DNA of 64,000 nucleotides from a virus. The DNA lies in the IMG/VR virus record IMGVR_UViG_3300005533_000009, positions 17,269 through 81,268 of that record; one strand, written 5' to 3'. Below are positions 48,394-57,992 of this stretch, one piece after another. Made by a program: the position numbers and the translations under genes. Under the pieces are notes generated by a model that saw only the letters and a program-made list of their open reading frames with translations, made no database searches and had not been told where the DNA came from. How positions within the stretch are numbered: the first letter of the stretch is position 1; each line of letters opens with the position of its first letter.

Positions 48394-50952
48394 ATGGCAC
48401 AAGGATATGATGGACTACCCAATTATTACGGCCAATCAAGTGATCCAATAACGCCGAATCTTGGTCTGTCCTTGAAGGGCATGGACCCCATAGTAGCTGA
48501 AAACTTTGTGCTAGTTGATGCAGCCGTTGGTGGTGGTGGGTCAACCGTAAAAATTAACAGTGTAACTGTTAATAACCCTAATTTTAATAATACTACGCCT
48601 GCTGCACCTGTATCTGGAACTAACGTTGTATGGCAAGTAGATGGCTCTGGTAATGTGTCTGCAAATGTACAGGGTTTATTCTTTGTAGATGGCATTAGTA
48701 CTGCATGGGGGTCACAGAATCTTCAGTCTGGTTCTGGTATAAGCCTTGTTGATGCGGGTTCAGGGAATATTACTATTAACGCCTCAGGAACTCCCGGTGG
48801 TGGTAATACTGATATTCAATTTAATCAAGCCGGAGTTTTTGGTGGTGATCCTAATTTTACTTGGGATTATACAAACAAATTGCTAACAATTAATTCCCAG
48901 AGTTTAGCCGCTTTTATAAACGCTAAGAGCGGAAATACACCTCCCGGTACTAACTTCTTTGGCATGTCATTGAATGCCGGAAGTAACAATTCTACGGGCT
49001 CTTTGATTTTAGGTGTATCTAGAACTTTAATTGTTAATGCAGTGGCTGATTCTGGTGCGGGTGGTTCCAGTTCGTTTTCAGAGCTTACCGCAGCTAATGT
49101 TAATATAACTGTTGGAACTCAAGGGACGGTTACTACTGCACAAGGTATATTAATATTACCTAACATACAAGGGACAGTTACCACTCTTTATGGTATAAAA
49201 ATAGGTGATTGTTCCAATGGTTCTTATGGAACTAGTCGTTCTATTTTGACGGGTGCGGGTATTGTTGAGTTTACTGACAAGTTTTTATTGTCTGGTACCC
49301 AAATTGATGCTACCGATTTTACTAAACAGTTAGCTTATAATTTAGCAAATATTTCTACAGGTACAACCCGTACACTAAATATTCCCAATGCTGATAGCTC
49401 AACCGCAGTGAATACCACTGCTACGGCTGGACAAGCTTTAGCAAGTTTTGATATAACAACTGGTCAATTTACAAAGATAGCAGTAGGCACTGGTTCAGTT
49501 ACTTCCGTTGCTCTTACTATGCCTGCCATATTTTCGGTTGGTGGTTCACCTATAACTACTTCTGGAACTTTAGCAGTTACTTTAGCAACTGAAACGGCTA
49601 ACACAGTGTTCGCTGGTCCTACTTCTGGTGGTGCGGCTGCTCCAACATTTAGAGCCTTAGTAGCCTCTGACATCCCGAATTCAACGATCACACCGATCTG
49701 GAATAATTTACAGAATGCGACAGGTGCATTAACACTAGCAAACGCTGGAAACGCTACAACATTTAACCAGACTTCCGCAGTTAACTGGACGTGGGCTAAC
49801 ACCACAGCGGCGACAAGCAGCGTCAACCAGTCCTCACCAATTCTGAACCTCAATGGAACATACTGGACAGGTGCTGCTTCAGCAACCGATTCGTGGACTA
49901 TTCAAGATTCAGTGGCGAACGGTACCAACGGTACTAGCACATTGTTATTTAGTCACTCTGGTTCTACTGGCAATGCGACTTTAGCCGTACCTGCTGGTGG
50001 TGGAGTAAACAGCGGTGGGATTACGTTTGGTGCAGCAGGCAACGGTGGTGGCATAACTGGTAACGGTTCGAACGTTGCTATGTATTGTGCGGCTTCTGGT
50101 GGTTCTTTCCGTATGAGTTTTGCCGGAACTGAACAGGCAAGATTGACAGGGAACAACCCCGGCATCAACCTCAACACTATTCAGAATAGCGCCCCTGTAA
50201 TTTTGGCTACAGGTCAATATTTAACCAACACGTCTGGGGCTGCAATTCAGTTTAGTTCTACTGGTATGAATAACTCCGGGGTTGCCGGGGGTGCAGGGAC
50301 CATGGTAGGTATGTCGGGCACTTTTACATGGGCACCGACTAGCGGCACAACCAAATTTATTGGGTTCAACCTCAACCCTACCATTAACCAGACTGGTACC
50401 AATACTGGAGACTATACTGCACTTCAGGTAAACGTAGTTGAAACTGCGCTTACTGGCACCAACAAACTTTTGCTTGATCTTCAAGCTGGTGCTTCGGGCG
50501 GAACTAGTGAGTTTGCAATCAACAATACAGGTGTAGTGACTAAGTACGCGGCTACAACAACTGTTGGTCAAGGTATCGCCTCACAAATAGCTAATGTAGA
50601 CTTAACTGCTCAAAGCGCAGCTATTACTGCTACTAACTTAACTGCTTCTGCTCCTCGTACAGGCATGTATCGCATTGTGTGGTCAGCAACAATTACCACT
50701 GCTGGTACTACTTCTACTTTGGGAGGAGCTAATGGCTTTCAAGTTCTATATACTTCACCTACTGATTCTGTAGTTAAAACCACGGTACCGGGGAACAGCG
50801 TAACATCTGCGGCTAATACCACAGGCACTGCTGTTGGTGGAGAAATTATAGTTTATGCCAAAACAGGTACTGCTATTCAGTATCAATATGGATACACTTC
50901 TAGCGGAACTGCTATGGTTTATGAATTGCATATTAGATTGGAGGCTCTATAA
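48394..50952 (+). CDS. Tail fibre-like protein
   Basis: 852 aa, G/T/S-rich; IQFNQAGVFGGD motif; shares the SVTSV..SP.T..G..ANxVFxGPxSG.AAxPTFRxLV module with 18518. Confidence 0.65.
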   Translation: MAQGYDGLPNYYGQSSDPITPNLGLSLKGMDPIVAENFVLVDAAVGGGGSTVKINSVTVNNPNFNNTTPAAPVSGTNVVWQVDGSGNVSANVQGLFFVDGISTAWGSQNLQSGSGISLVDAGSGNITINASGTPGGGNTDIQFNQAGVFGGDPNFTWDYTNKLLTINSQSLAAFINAKSGNTPPGTNFFGMSLNAGSNNSTGSLILGVSRTLIVNAVADSGAGGSSSFSELTAANVNITVGTQGTVTTAQGILILPNIQGTVTTLYGIKIGDCSNGSYGTSRSILTGAGIVEFTDKFLLSGTQIDATDFTKQLAYNLANISTGTTRTLNIPNADSSTAVNTTATAGQALASFDITTGQFTKIAVGTGSVTSVALTMPAIFSVGGSPITTSGTLAVTLATETANTVFAGPTSGGAAAPTFRALVASDIPNSTITPIWNNLQNATGALTLANAGNATTFNQTSAVNWTWANTTAATSSVNQSSPILNLNGTYWTGAASATDSWTIQDSVANGTNGTSTLLFSHSGSTGNATLAVPAGGGVNSGGITFGAAGNGGGITGNGSNVAMYCAASGGSFRMSFAGTEQARLTGNNPGINLNTIQNSAPVILATGQYLTNTSGAAIQFSSTGMNNSGVAGGAGTMVGMSGTFTWAPTSGTTKFIGFNLNPTINQTGTNTGDYTALQVNVVETALTGTNKLLLDLQAGASGGTSEFAINNTGVVTKYAATTTVGQGIASQIANVDLTAQSAAITATNLTASAPRTGMYRIVWSATITTAGTTSTLGGANGFQVLYTSPTDSVVKTTVPGNSVTSAANTTGTAVGGEIIVYAKTGTAIQYQYGYTSSGTAMVYELHIRLEAL

Positions 50953-51575
50953 TGCCTTGTAATGGTGATTCAACCGTATTCCCTTCATCTACTACTCCAA
51001 CATTTACTGGCCCTGCTAGTGCTCAACGTTTTAAGGCAACACAAGGAACAACATTATCTACAGGGGATTTTGCCCTTAGTGCAGGTTGGGGCACTTCCCC
51101 TGTATTAACTGTTGTTCGAGGCACAGATCAAGCCGCATCAATTACTATTCAAGCTAAAGCTACGGTAGGAGCTAATCCTACCGTGACTTTAACTTTTAAA
51201 GATGGTACATGGACTAACCCTCCAATAGTAGTGTGTGGAAGAACGGAATTAACTGCTGCAACTGCGGCCCCTGCTGCGGCTGTGTCAAACGAATGGGTGC
51301 CAACAACTATATCGGCTACACAAATAGTATTTACTTTCAACGGGACTCCCGTTGCAACCTCAACTTATGGACCTACTGTAACTTTGACAGTGAACTTAAC
51401 CACTGGTGCATGGACTGCTACAAATAGTTTGACTAATACTGTACAATCTGGAACCATCGGGGCGGGTGCATTAGCAAGCTTTAATTCACAAATAAAATCT
51501 GATAGAAACCTTGTAGAAACCTTTGCGGCTGGTTCTGGAAATCTCCTCCCCGGTACTCAGGTCGCTTGGACATAA
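50952..51575 (+). CDS. Thr-rich fibre-associated protein
   Basis: Composition and context. Confidence 0.45.
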   Translation: MPCNGDSTVFPSSTTPTFTGPASAQRFKATQGTTLSTGDFALSAGWGTSPVLTVVRGTDQAASITIQAKATVGANPTVTLTFKDGTWTNPPIVVCGRTELTAATAAPAAAVSNEWVPTTISATQIVFTFNGTPVATSTYGPTVTLTVNLTTGAWTATNSLTNTVQSGTIGAGALASFNSQIKSDRNLVETFAAGSGNLLPGTQVAWT

Positions 51576-51595
51576 AATTTTAGGAGAAGAAAAAC

Positions 51596-51886
51596 ATGTT
51601 ATTACCACCACCTTTTGTCTCCCCGAGTGACGTATGGAATAAGCTAGTGATTACGGGGAGTGTGGCGGCAATTACTTGGCTGATTATGTGGCCTTTTAGA
51701 GCATTAAGAAAAAAGTGGAATGATGCTTCCACAAGGCTTGAGATTATAGAGCGTGAACTGGTTCAGCAAAGAACTAATCACTTAACACACATTGAGACAA
51801 ACACCAAAAACACGGTAGATGTGCTTAATAAACTACATGACACTCAAACCGAAATGAATGGGTATTTAAAGGGCATCTCAAAATAG
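51596..51886 (+). CDS. Single-TM membrane protein (holin/antiholin-like)
   Basis: One hydrophobic segment then coiled coil. Confidence 0.45.
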   Translation: MLLPPPFVSPSDVWNKLVITGSVAAITWLIMWPFRALRKKWNDASTRLEIIERELVQQRTNHLTHIETNTKNTVDVLNKLHDTQTEMNGYLKGISK

Positions 51887-51894
51887 GAAGTAAA

Positions 51895-52203
51895 ATGAAT
51901 TACTTTGATGGATTTGTTCAATTTCTAAAAGCAGCCTTCTCTGACAATGGAACACCTTCGTCAAGTAGAGTGATATCAGGGTGGCTGTGTATTTCCTCTA
52001 TGGCGTTAATTTGGTTTATAGTTCGTCATATGGTGTATATGACTGCTGATAAATTAGCTATAGTTGTAGGGGCGCTCCCATACATAATCGCTGCTTTGGC
52101 AGGGTTCACTGTAGCACCATATGGTATAAACACACTTTCTAATGTGTTTGATCGCACAAAGAAAATAGATCAACAGAATACTACAAATATTAACGTGGGG
52201 TAA
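51895..52203 (+). CDS. Two-TM membrane protein (holin-like)
   Basis: SDNGTPSSSR followed by two hydrophobic helices. Confidence 0.5.
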   Translation: MNYFDGFVQFLKAAFSDNGTPSSSRVISGWLCISSMALIWFIVRHMVYMTADKLAIVVGALPYIIAALAGFTVAPYGINTLSNVFDRTKKIDQQNTTNINVG

Positions 52204-52532
52204 TGACTATGGTTTTGTGGCTAATTTATATAGCTTTGACAGCACTAGCAATTTTCGCTGAATATTTGGATATCAAGCAATCGGAAATTGATTTTAAGGC
52301 GGGAGCAGTGGAGAGTGATGCTGAACCACCAAATGTCAGACCTTCGGCACTTGATTTAATTCGCAAGGATTTACCTTGGTACATCATCTCCGCAGCATCA
52401 GTAGCAGGAGCTATATTATTAAAGAATCACTATATAGTCTTCGGTGGGTATACTTGTGGAGCCATAGTTGCAGCAAAGCATTACAAGGGCTATAAGGTCG
52501 GTGTAAACTGGCTAAAAGCCAACAAAAAATAA
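52203..52532 (+). CDS. Membrane protein
   Basis: Several hydrophobic segments. Confidence 0.45.
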   Translation: MTMVLWLIYIALTALAIFAEYLDIKQSEIDFKAGAVESDAEPPNVRPSALDLIRKDLPWYIISAASVAGAILLKNHYIVFGGYTCGAIVAAKHYKGYKVGVNWLKANKK

Positions 52533-52569
52533 TACTTGACTTTTCAGTTTATAGGTGTAAACTATAAAT

Positions 52570-52598
52570 ACACCCCATTTCGGGGTGTTTTCTTTTTG
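52570..52598 (+). terminator. Terminator-like hairpin
   Basis: ACACCCC-atttc-GGGGTGT-TTTCTTTTT. Confidence 0.65.
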
Positions 52599-52609
52599 AA
52601 AGGTAATTA

Positions 52610-53950
52610 ATGTCCGTAAAGATAACTTTGTCTGGACATGAGCTTTCGCTGTTGGATAAAGCAAGAGCTTATGTAAAGACTGCGTTAGAGGCTGGTCGTG
52701 GTTTCCCTACAAGAGATGAACTGAGAAATCATTTAAGTTGCGGTGCTCAAAACGCTCGAAATTTACAATTGTATTTGATGGACTTTTTTGAAGCCCCAGA
52801 AGAAAGACCAAAAACTAAAGAACAAGAGACACAATCGTTCAAAGGTGATTTCTGGGACATAACCATCCCTGCCACTGATATCCACACTGAACAGCAGTTG
52901 ATTGATTACATGCAGATTGACCTTGAAAAATGGGAAATCATTGAATGTACTTTCAACAAGTGGAGCATGGGCACTGAGGGTGGTGGTCAACAAGCCTTAT
53001 TTCAAGTAAAGGCACGCTGCAAACTGAAGCGTCCTGTGTTGGCTGTAAAAGATGAAATTGAAGCATTAAAACAACAGGCAAAGCAAACTGTTCAAATCGA
53101 CGTACCAAAGATTATTTATCCTGCACACAATTCCGGCTTGATGCTGGAACTGTCCCTGTACGATCTACACTTTGGAAAACAGTCTTGGCCTGCCGAAACA
53201 CTGGATAGACCATATGATGTAAAGATCGCAGAAGCCATGACCGATAGGGCTGTGGATGTGATCCTTGGTAGAGCCAATGGTTTCAGATATGAACGTATTC
53301 TTTTCGTAGTTGGTAATGACGTTCTGCATAGCAATGATTTGGAAAATAGAACCGCTAATGGTACAGTGGTAGATAGTGATGGAAGATTCCAAAAAGCCTA
53401 CATTACTGCCCGTCGTGCCATGGTGCGAATCATCGAAAAGCTGAAAACGTTAGCCCCTGTAGAGGTGCTGATCGTTCCCGGCAACCACGACCGTTTTTCA
53501 AGTTTTACACTTGGCGATTCGTTAGAATGCTATTTTCACAATGACCCAAACGTAAACATAGATAATGCTCCCTCTTTGAGAAAATATTTTCAATGGGGTG
53601 AAGTAGGACTTATGTTCACTCATGGCGATGAAGGAAAAAGAGCGGATTATCCTCTCCTGTTTGCCACAGAAAATTCTCGATTATTTGGAAACACTAAATA
53701 TAGGGAGATTCATACTGGACATCATCACACCACTAAAACGGAAGAATACCACGGTGTACGAGTTCGCACCATAAGCTCTTTAAGTACACCCGACGCTTGG
53801 CACGCACAAAAAGGTTTTAAAGGAGCATTAAGAACAGCAGAAGCGTTTGTATGGTCAAAAGACGAGGGGCTTATAGCGCAACTCACCTACAACGATGATG
53901 CACACTCTCCGATAGTAACCAAAAGGGAAGTAATAGAAGATGCCAGCTAA
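52610..53950 (+). CDS. Calcineurin-like metallophosphoesterase
   Basis: DLHFG, GNDVLH, PGNHD, FTHGD, TGHHH motifs. Confidence 0.85.
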   Translation: MSVKITLSGHELSLLDKARAYVKTALEAGRGFPTRDELRNHLSCGAQNARNLQLYLMDFFEAPEERPKTKEQETQSFKGDFWDITIPATDIHTEQQLIDYMQIDLEKWEIIECTFNKWSMGTEGGGQQALFQVKARCKLKRPVLAVKDEIEALKQQAKQTVQIDVPKIIYPAHNSGLMLELSLYDLHFGKQSWPAETLDRPYDVKIAEAMTDRAVDVILGRANGFRYERILFVVGNDVLHSNDLENRTANGTVVDSDGRFQKAYITARRAMVRIIEKLKTLAPVEVLIVPGNHDRFSSFTLGDSLECYFHNDPNVNIDNAPSLRKYFQWGEVGLMFTHGDEGKRADYPLLFATENSRLFGNTKYREIHTGHHHTTKTEEYHGVRVRTISSLSTPDAWHAQKGFKGALRTAEAFVWSKDEGLIAQLTYNDDAHSPIVTKREVIEDAS

Positions 53951-54407
53951 AGGACAGTATAAAGAATACTGTAAAAGAGGTCATAAAAGGACTCCCGAAA
54001 ATTTATACAGCGATAGAAGTTGTAGACAATGTAGTAGGGAGTCCTCAAAAAATAAAATAAAAGCTATTCTTCGTTGGGAGAAAACGAATCCTGAAGAACA
54101 TGCTAAGAAAATGCGGGAATGGACTAAAACAGAGTCAGGTAGACGCAGCGTTCGTAATACAAAACTAAAGAAAAATTATGGTATAACGCTGGAACAATAC
54201 GAAGCTATGCTAAAGGCGCAAGACAATAAATGTGCAATATGTGGTTTATTTTTAATAAAACCTCACATAGACCATAATCATACTGCGCCTAAGCAAGTAC
54301 GAGGTATTCTCTGTGATTTGTGCAATCCCGGTTTAGGATATTTCCAAGATAATCCTGAACTTTTAATAAAAGCTGCAAAATACTTAAAAAAGTGGAGCAG
54401 TAAATGA
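53940..54407 (+). CDS. Endonuclease VII-like homing endonuclease
   Basis: YCKRGH module; YGITLEQY..QDNKCAIC..HIDHNH..VRGILCDLCN. Confidence 0.85.
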   Translation: MPAKGQYKEYCKRGHKRTPENLYSDRSCRQCSRESSKNKIKAILRWEKTNPEEHAKKMREWTKTESGRRSVRNTKLKKNYGITLEQYEAMLKAQDNKCAICGLFLIKPHIDHNHTAPKQVRGILCDLCNPGLGYFQDNPELLIKAAKYLKKWSSK

Positions 54408-54631
54408 CTCAGATAAATTACGAAATTCGCCGCTATGCCGATGGCTCATTTGGCCTCGGAGAAAACATTATCCCCGGTGTCACGTTGTTCCGCGCCGGAA
54501 ACTATGGTTTAGATAAAGAAGGACTAGATCAAGCCATTAAACGTACAAAGCAGGGAGGTAGCAATGGGGAATCAGGCCACAAACCTAATTCAAAGCATCA
54601 CAAATCCCACAAAAAACACTCCCGAAGTTAA
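54404..54631 (+). CDS. Hypothetical protein
   Basis: Coupled short ORF with GGAG RBS. Confidence 0.4.
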   Translation: MTQINYEIRRYADGSFGLGENIIPGVTLFRAGNYGLDKEGLDQAIKRTKQGGSNGESGHKPNSKHHKSHKKHSRS

Positions 54632-55292
54632 AGCTTATGTTATAGGCTTTGGTCATAGAGCACGCTCAGGTAAAGACACGGCTGCTGCCTTTATTGTGCA
54701 GGAGCGTGGTGAAGAGTACGGTGTAAAATCATACTCATTTGCGCGTGCTCTGAAAGAGGAAGTAACGGCTGCTGCATTAAATGCTGGCGGCATGAGAAAC
54801 CTCTGGAACCCTTCGATGTGGTTTTATCAGGAGAACGGCAATCTTATTCAACTGCCCGACTGGGTAGTATTTGAAGAAGATGCTCCTGTGGATGATCTTT
54901 GTCCACTGGGTAAACAACGTACTCTACTACAGTGGTGGGGTACTGAATTTCGTAGAAGTGTAAACACTAACTACTGGGTTGATCGCCTAGCTGAAACTAT
55001 TGCTAAAGAAAACCCTAGAGTAGCTCTCATCACCGACATGCGATTTCCAAACGAAATGGACTTCGTAAAGCAGTGTGGTGGAGATATGGTAAGAGTTGAC
55101 CGCCCTAGTCTTCCCCCTTTAAACGGTGCGGCTGGTGCCCATCCCTCAGAACTAGCGTTAGCTAATGTGCCTGATTGGGAATGGACAGCAATTCTTAAAA
55201 ACGACGGGACTCTAGAAGAGTTCAAAGTCAAAACTTTAAAGTTATTTGATACCCTGTTCAGCTTGCAAGGAGCAGGAGCTATCTTTACATAA
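54564..55292 (+). CDS. Deoxynucleoside monophosphate kinase
   Basis: GHRARSGKDT P-loop; FARALK; RTLLQWWGTE; ITDMRFPNE; HPSE. Confidence 0.85.
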   Translation: MGNQATNLIQSITNPTKNTPEVKAYVIGFGHRARSGKDTAAAFIVQERGEEYGVKSYSFARALKEEVTAAALNAGGMRNLWNPSMWFYQENGNLIQLPDWVVFEEDAPVDDLCPLGKQRTLLQWWGTEFRRSVNTNYWVDRLAETIAKENPRVALITDMRFPNEMDFVKQCGGDMVRVDRPSLPPLNGAAGAHPSELALANVPDWEWTAILKNDGTLEEFKVKTLKLFDTLFSLQGAGAIFT

Positions 55293-55346
55293 AAGTTTGT
55301 GGCGTTCTTGGGGGTAGTTCCTAAATTATTATTCGACCGCCACCTT

Positions 55347-55384
55347 ACCCTCGTACAGTCCAAGAAAACTACGAGGGTTTTTTA
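55347..55384 (+). terminator. Terminator-like hairpin
   Basis: ACCCTCGTA...TACGAGGGT-TTTTT. Confidence 0.6.
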
Positions 55385-55408
55385 TTTTCAATTTTAGGAG
55401 CATTTCTT

Positions 55409-55777
55409 ATGGCAAATCCAACCGCAACATCTCACACAGGTAAACCTGTAACTTTAGGGGATGAATGCACTATTCTCGGGACCATTACCAGTTCTTCTGG
55501 TAATAACCTAACTGTAAAAACTAATTCTTCAGGAACATCTATAACCGTTCCTTTTAAAGGATCGGCAAACGCCTCTCATAATGTGAATGGCCCTAGTCTA
55601 TCAGGCGCTGGAAAAACATTTTCTGGATTCACTAATGGTGAGCAAGTAGTTGTAAAAGGAAGAACGTCATCTGTGGGTACGGGAGGATTTACCGCTTCTA
55701 TTAACGTTCTACTTGCTGATGGTACAACCACGGTAACAGTAAAATCCGGGGATGTACACACTGTACAAAATGCTTAA
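55409..55777 (+). CDS. Two-repeat beta-rich protein, paralog of 8380 and 46239
   Basis: GKPVTLGDECTILGTI...; ends TVTVKSGDVH. Confidence 0.6.
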   Translation: MANPTATSHTGKPVTLGDECTILGTITSSSGNNLTVKTNSSGTSITVPFKGSANASHNVNGPSLSGAGKTFSGFTNGEQVVVKGRTSSVGTGGFTASINVLLADGTTTVTVKSGDVHTVQNA

Positions 55778-55847
55778 TATTTTGTGGAGCAGGGGATAAG
55801 CAGTATAGCTTTTCCACATTAATAATGCCCTGTTTTAAAAGATTTGT

Positions 55848-56540
55848 ATGAGAAATTTTGTATTTGCTCTGCTGTTACTGTTCTCCCCTGCTTCTGACTC
55901 ATCTCGCCATGTGCGAGAAGAATATGTCAATGCTTATAACGCCACTTTTGATATCACCCAAGTAAATAAGAAAGAATCCTCTGATTGTACAAGTACGGCC
56001 ATTGGCCCTCAAGCTTTATTAACCGCTACCCATTGTGAACTTCCCAGCAATGACCTCGTAGTTGTCGATAGGCCAGCGGTTATCGTAGACCGTATACGAG
56101 ACAACAATGATCACACTATTTATCTTGTAGATTTTCCCGATGGTAAAGATGGATTCCCCGTTGTTGCCAAAATAGATCAAAATAAAATCTTAAGAACTGA
56201 AGAAGCTTTTATCTTTGGTAGTCCCGGCTCATTTTCCTATGTATTTAGAAAAGGAGTTTTCTCTGGGATTACACATGTTCCTATGGAAGGTGTTATGATG
56301 CTCTTTGATATGCAGACGTACAATGGGGATTCAGGATCAGGAATATTTAGAGATGATGATGGTACGTTAGTGGGAGTAGTGAGTGCTGCCATTGGTGAAG
56401 CCGAAGATAACGCTCGTATTCAATTCATGGTCGCATATCCGATGCATTTTATGCCGGAAGATTTAAAGAGGGCTCAGGAATATAGACATGTCTACACCAC
56501 CAGTAACACCCCAGCAGGAAATGAACCTGCTGGTAAGTGA
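55848..56540 (+). CDS. Trypsin-like serine protease with signal peptide
   Basis: LTATHC, D, NGDSGSG triad motifs; hydrophobic N-terminus. Confidence 0.8.
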   Translation: MRNFVFALLLLFSPASDSSRHVREEYVNAYNATFDITQVNKKESSDCTSTAIGPQALLTATHCELPSNDLVVVDRPAVIVDRIRDNNDHTIYLVDFPDGKDGFPVVAKIDQNKILRTEEAFIFGSPGSFSYVFRKGVFSGITHVPMEGVMMLFDMQTYNGDSGSGIFRDDDGTLVGVVSAAIGEAEDNARIQFMVAYPMHFMPEDLKRAQEYRHVYTTSNTPAGNEPAGK

Positions 56541-57237
56541 CATTCACGAAAGTTTTTCCCAATTAGCACACAAGCAGGTTACACTATCCTACGGTCTTAT
56601 AATCACATTGGTTTTATTTATGGGATTAACCGGGGTAGGAGGCTACCTCGCTGTAAAGCATTTCGACCAGCAAGAAGCTCGGGCTGAAGCCAGAGAAGCG
56701 CAGTATCGTAGTGACCTATCAAAGACTGAAGCTCAATGGACACAAGACAGGCAGGCTCTACAGGCATCTAATGACCGTATAGCTCAACTGGAAGCCCAGA
56801 TAGCCCATAGAGCCTCTACACCCCCTCCAAAGGCCATTACAGACGGTTTAAAACCCGACGCTACAGCGGAACAGGCTGCTTTGGCCCTTAAAACGGCTTA
56901 TAGCGCGTTTCCCGATTTTGGGGAGCCTGTGGCTACCCCTGAGGGTAAAGTCCTCACCACGGTCACGGAAACGCAAATACTGACCAGTTCTAAGCTATTA
57001 TTAGATCGTACTCAGGCCGACCTAAAAGACCGTACTGAGGAGGTTGACCTGCTAAAAACCAATAACTCCTTATTAAACAACAACTTCCAGCAATGTCAAG
57101 GGTTGTTAACTGAAGCTAATAAGAACATTGCGGACTATAAGGCTCTGGCTAAGAAGTCTAAGTTCAGAAAATTCCTTGATGGAGCAGAGAAAGTTGGGTT
57201 AGTATTACTTGGGGGAATTGTAGGCCATGCAATCTAA
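56488..57237 (+). CDS. Membrane-anchored coiled-coil protein (spanin-like)
   Basis: N-proximal TM helix, long coiled coil, hydrophobic C-terminus. Confidence 0.45.
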   Translation: MSTPPVTPQQEMNLLVSDIHESFSQLAHKQVTLSYGLIITLVLFMGLTGVGGYLAVKHFDQQEARAEAREAQYRSDLSKTEAQWTQDRQALQASNDRIAQLEAQIAHRASTPPPKAITDGLKPDATAEQAALALKTAYSAFPDFGEPVATPEGKVLTTVTETQILTSSKLLLDRTQADLKDRTEEVDLLKTNNSLLNNNFQQCQGLLTEANKNIADYKALAKKSKFRKFLDGAEKVGLVLLGGIVGHAI

Positions 57238-57412
57238 TCCGATGGATGTAATTAATCACCGGGAGAGAGCCATTTTCCATGGAGCTTTAGCTACTGTTTC
57301 ATGGTTAGAATTTGGTACTTCAGAAAGTAAGACACGAAAGTTTTTAAGCGCGGTATGTGGTCTATGGCATATGTGGGCCGTATGGCAACATGTGACAGAG
57401 AAAAAAGAATAA
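57227..57412 (+). CDS. Small hypothetical protein
   Basis: Coupled ORF. Confidence 0.4.
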   Translation: MQSNPMDVINHRERAIFHGALATVSWLEFGTSESKTRKFLSAVCGLWHMWAVWQHVTEKKE

Positions 57413-57415
57413 ACA

Positions 57416-57469
57416 AAGAAAAGCCCCAGCCTCTACTTATCAGGTAGAAAGCTGGGGCATTTTTTTTTT
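57416..57469. terminator. Bidirectional terminator at the convergence of + and - gene blocks
   Basis: AAAA-GCCCCAGC...GCTGGGGC-ATTTTTTTTTT. Confidence 0.8.
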
Positions 57470-57471
57470 GA

Positions 57472-57966
57472 TTATAGAGTGTTATTACGAGTAATAGACA
57501 ACTCACCCGAATCAATTACATATGAACATACGTTTCGGGACACTCGCCCACTAACACGATGGCAAGCAATATGCTGACTCCAAGTAAACGACGCAGTAAA
57601 CTCGATGCCACCTTCATCCGTACCTGAAAAGGTAACAGTTTGGCTATTATCTGCATTGGTCACAGGAGCACTAGTATTGAAGCACTGGTTATCGGGACCA
57701 AGGGAAGTGTTCTGTACAAAGATAAAACCCAATCCAGTAGGAGTGGATGTAGAAACACCACAGGCTACCTTGTAATAAGGGTTGTTGGAAAGCTCCAACC
57801 ACGGAATAGCTGCTTGATCGGTGAGAGGAATGTTAAACACTCGATACGGAGTGGCAACAACACCACCCCCACCGGGAAGCACGTTATAGGTTGTAATCTG
57901 TTGAGCATACGAGGGCAGACAACAAGCCACCGCAAGGACTGCAAGAGTAATAAGCTTTTTAATCAT
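57472..57966 (-). CDS. Secreted/exported hypothetical protein
   Basis: Signal peptide MIKKLITLAVLAVACCLPSYA. Confidence 0.55.
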   Translation of the reverse strand: MIKKLITLAVLAVACCLPSYAQQITTYNVLPGGGGVVATPYRVFNIPLTDQAAIPWLELSNNPYYKVACGVSTSTPTGLGFIFVQNTSLGPDNQCFNTSAPVTNADNSQTVTFSGTDEGGIEFTASFTWSQHIACHRVSGRVSRNVCSYVIDSGELSITRNNTL

Positions 57967-57992
57967 TTAGGTTTTCTTTCTCCCTAGGGGAT

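Noticed and set aside
52536-52563. Sigma70-like promoter TTGACT-16nt-TAAACT
   Set aside because: Plausible but immediately followed by a terminator-like hairpin and not repeated elsewhere; too weak to call.
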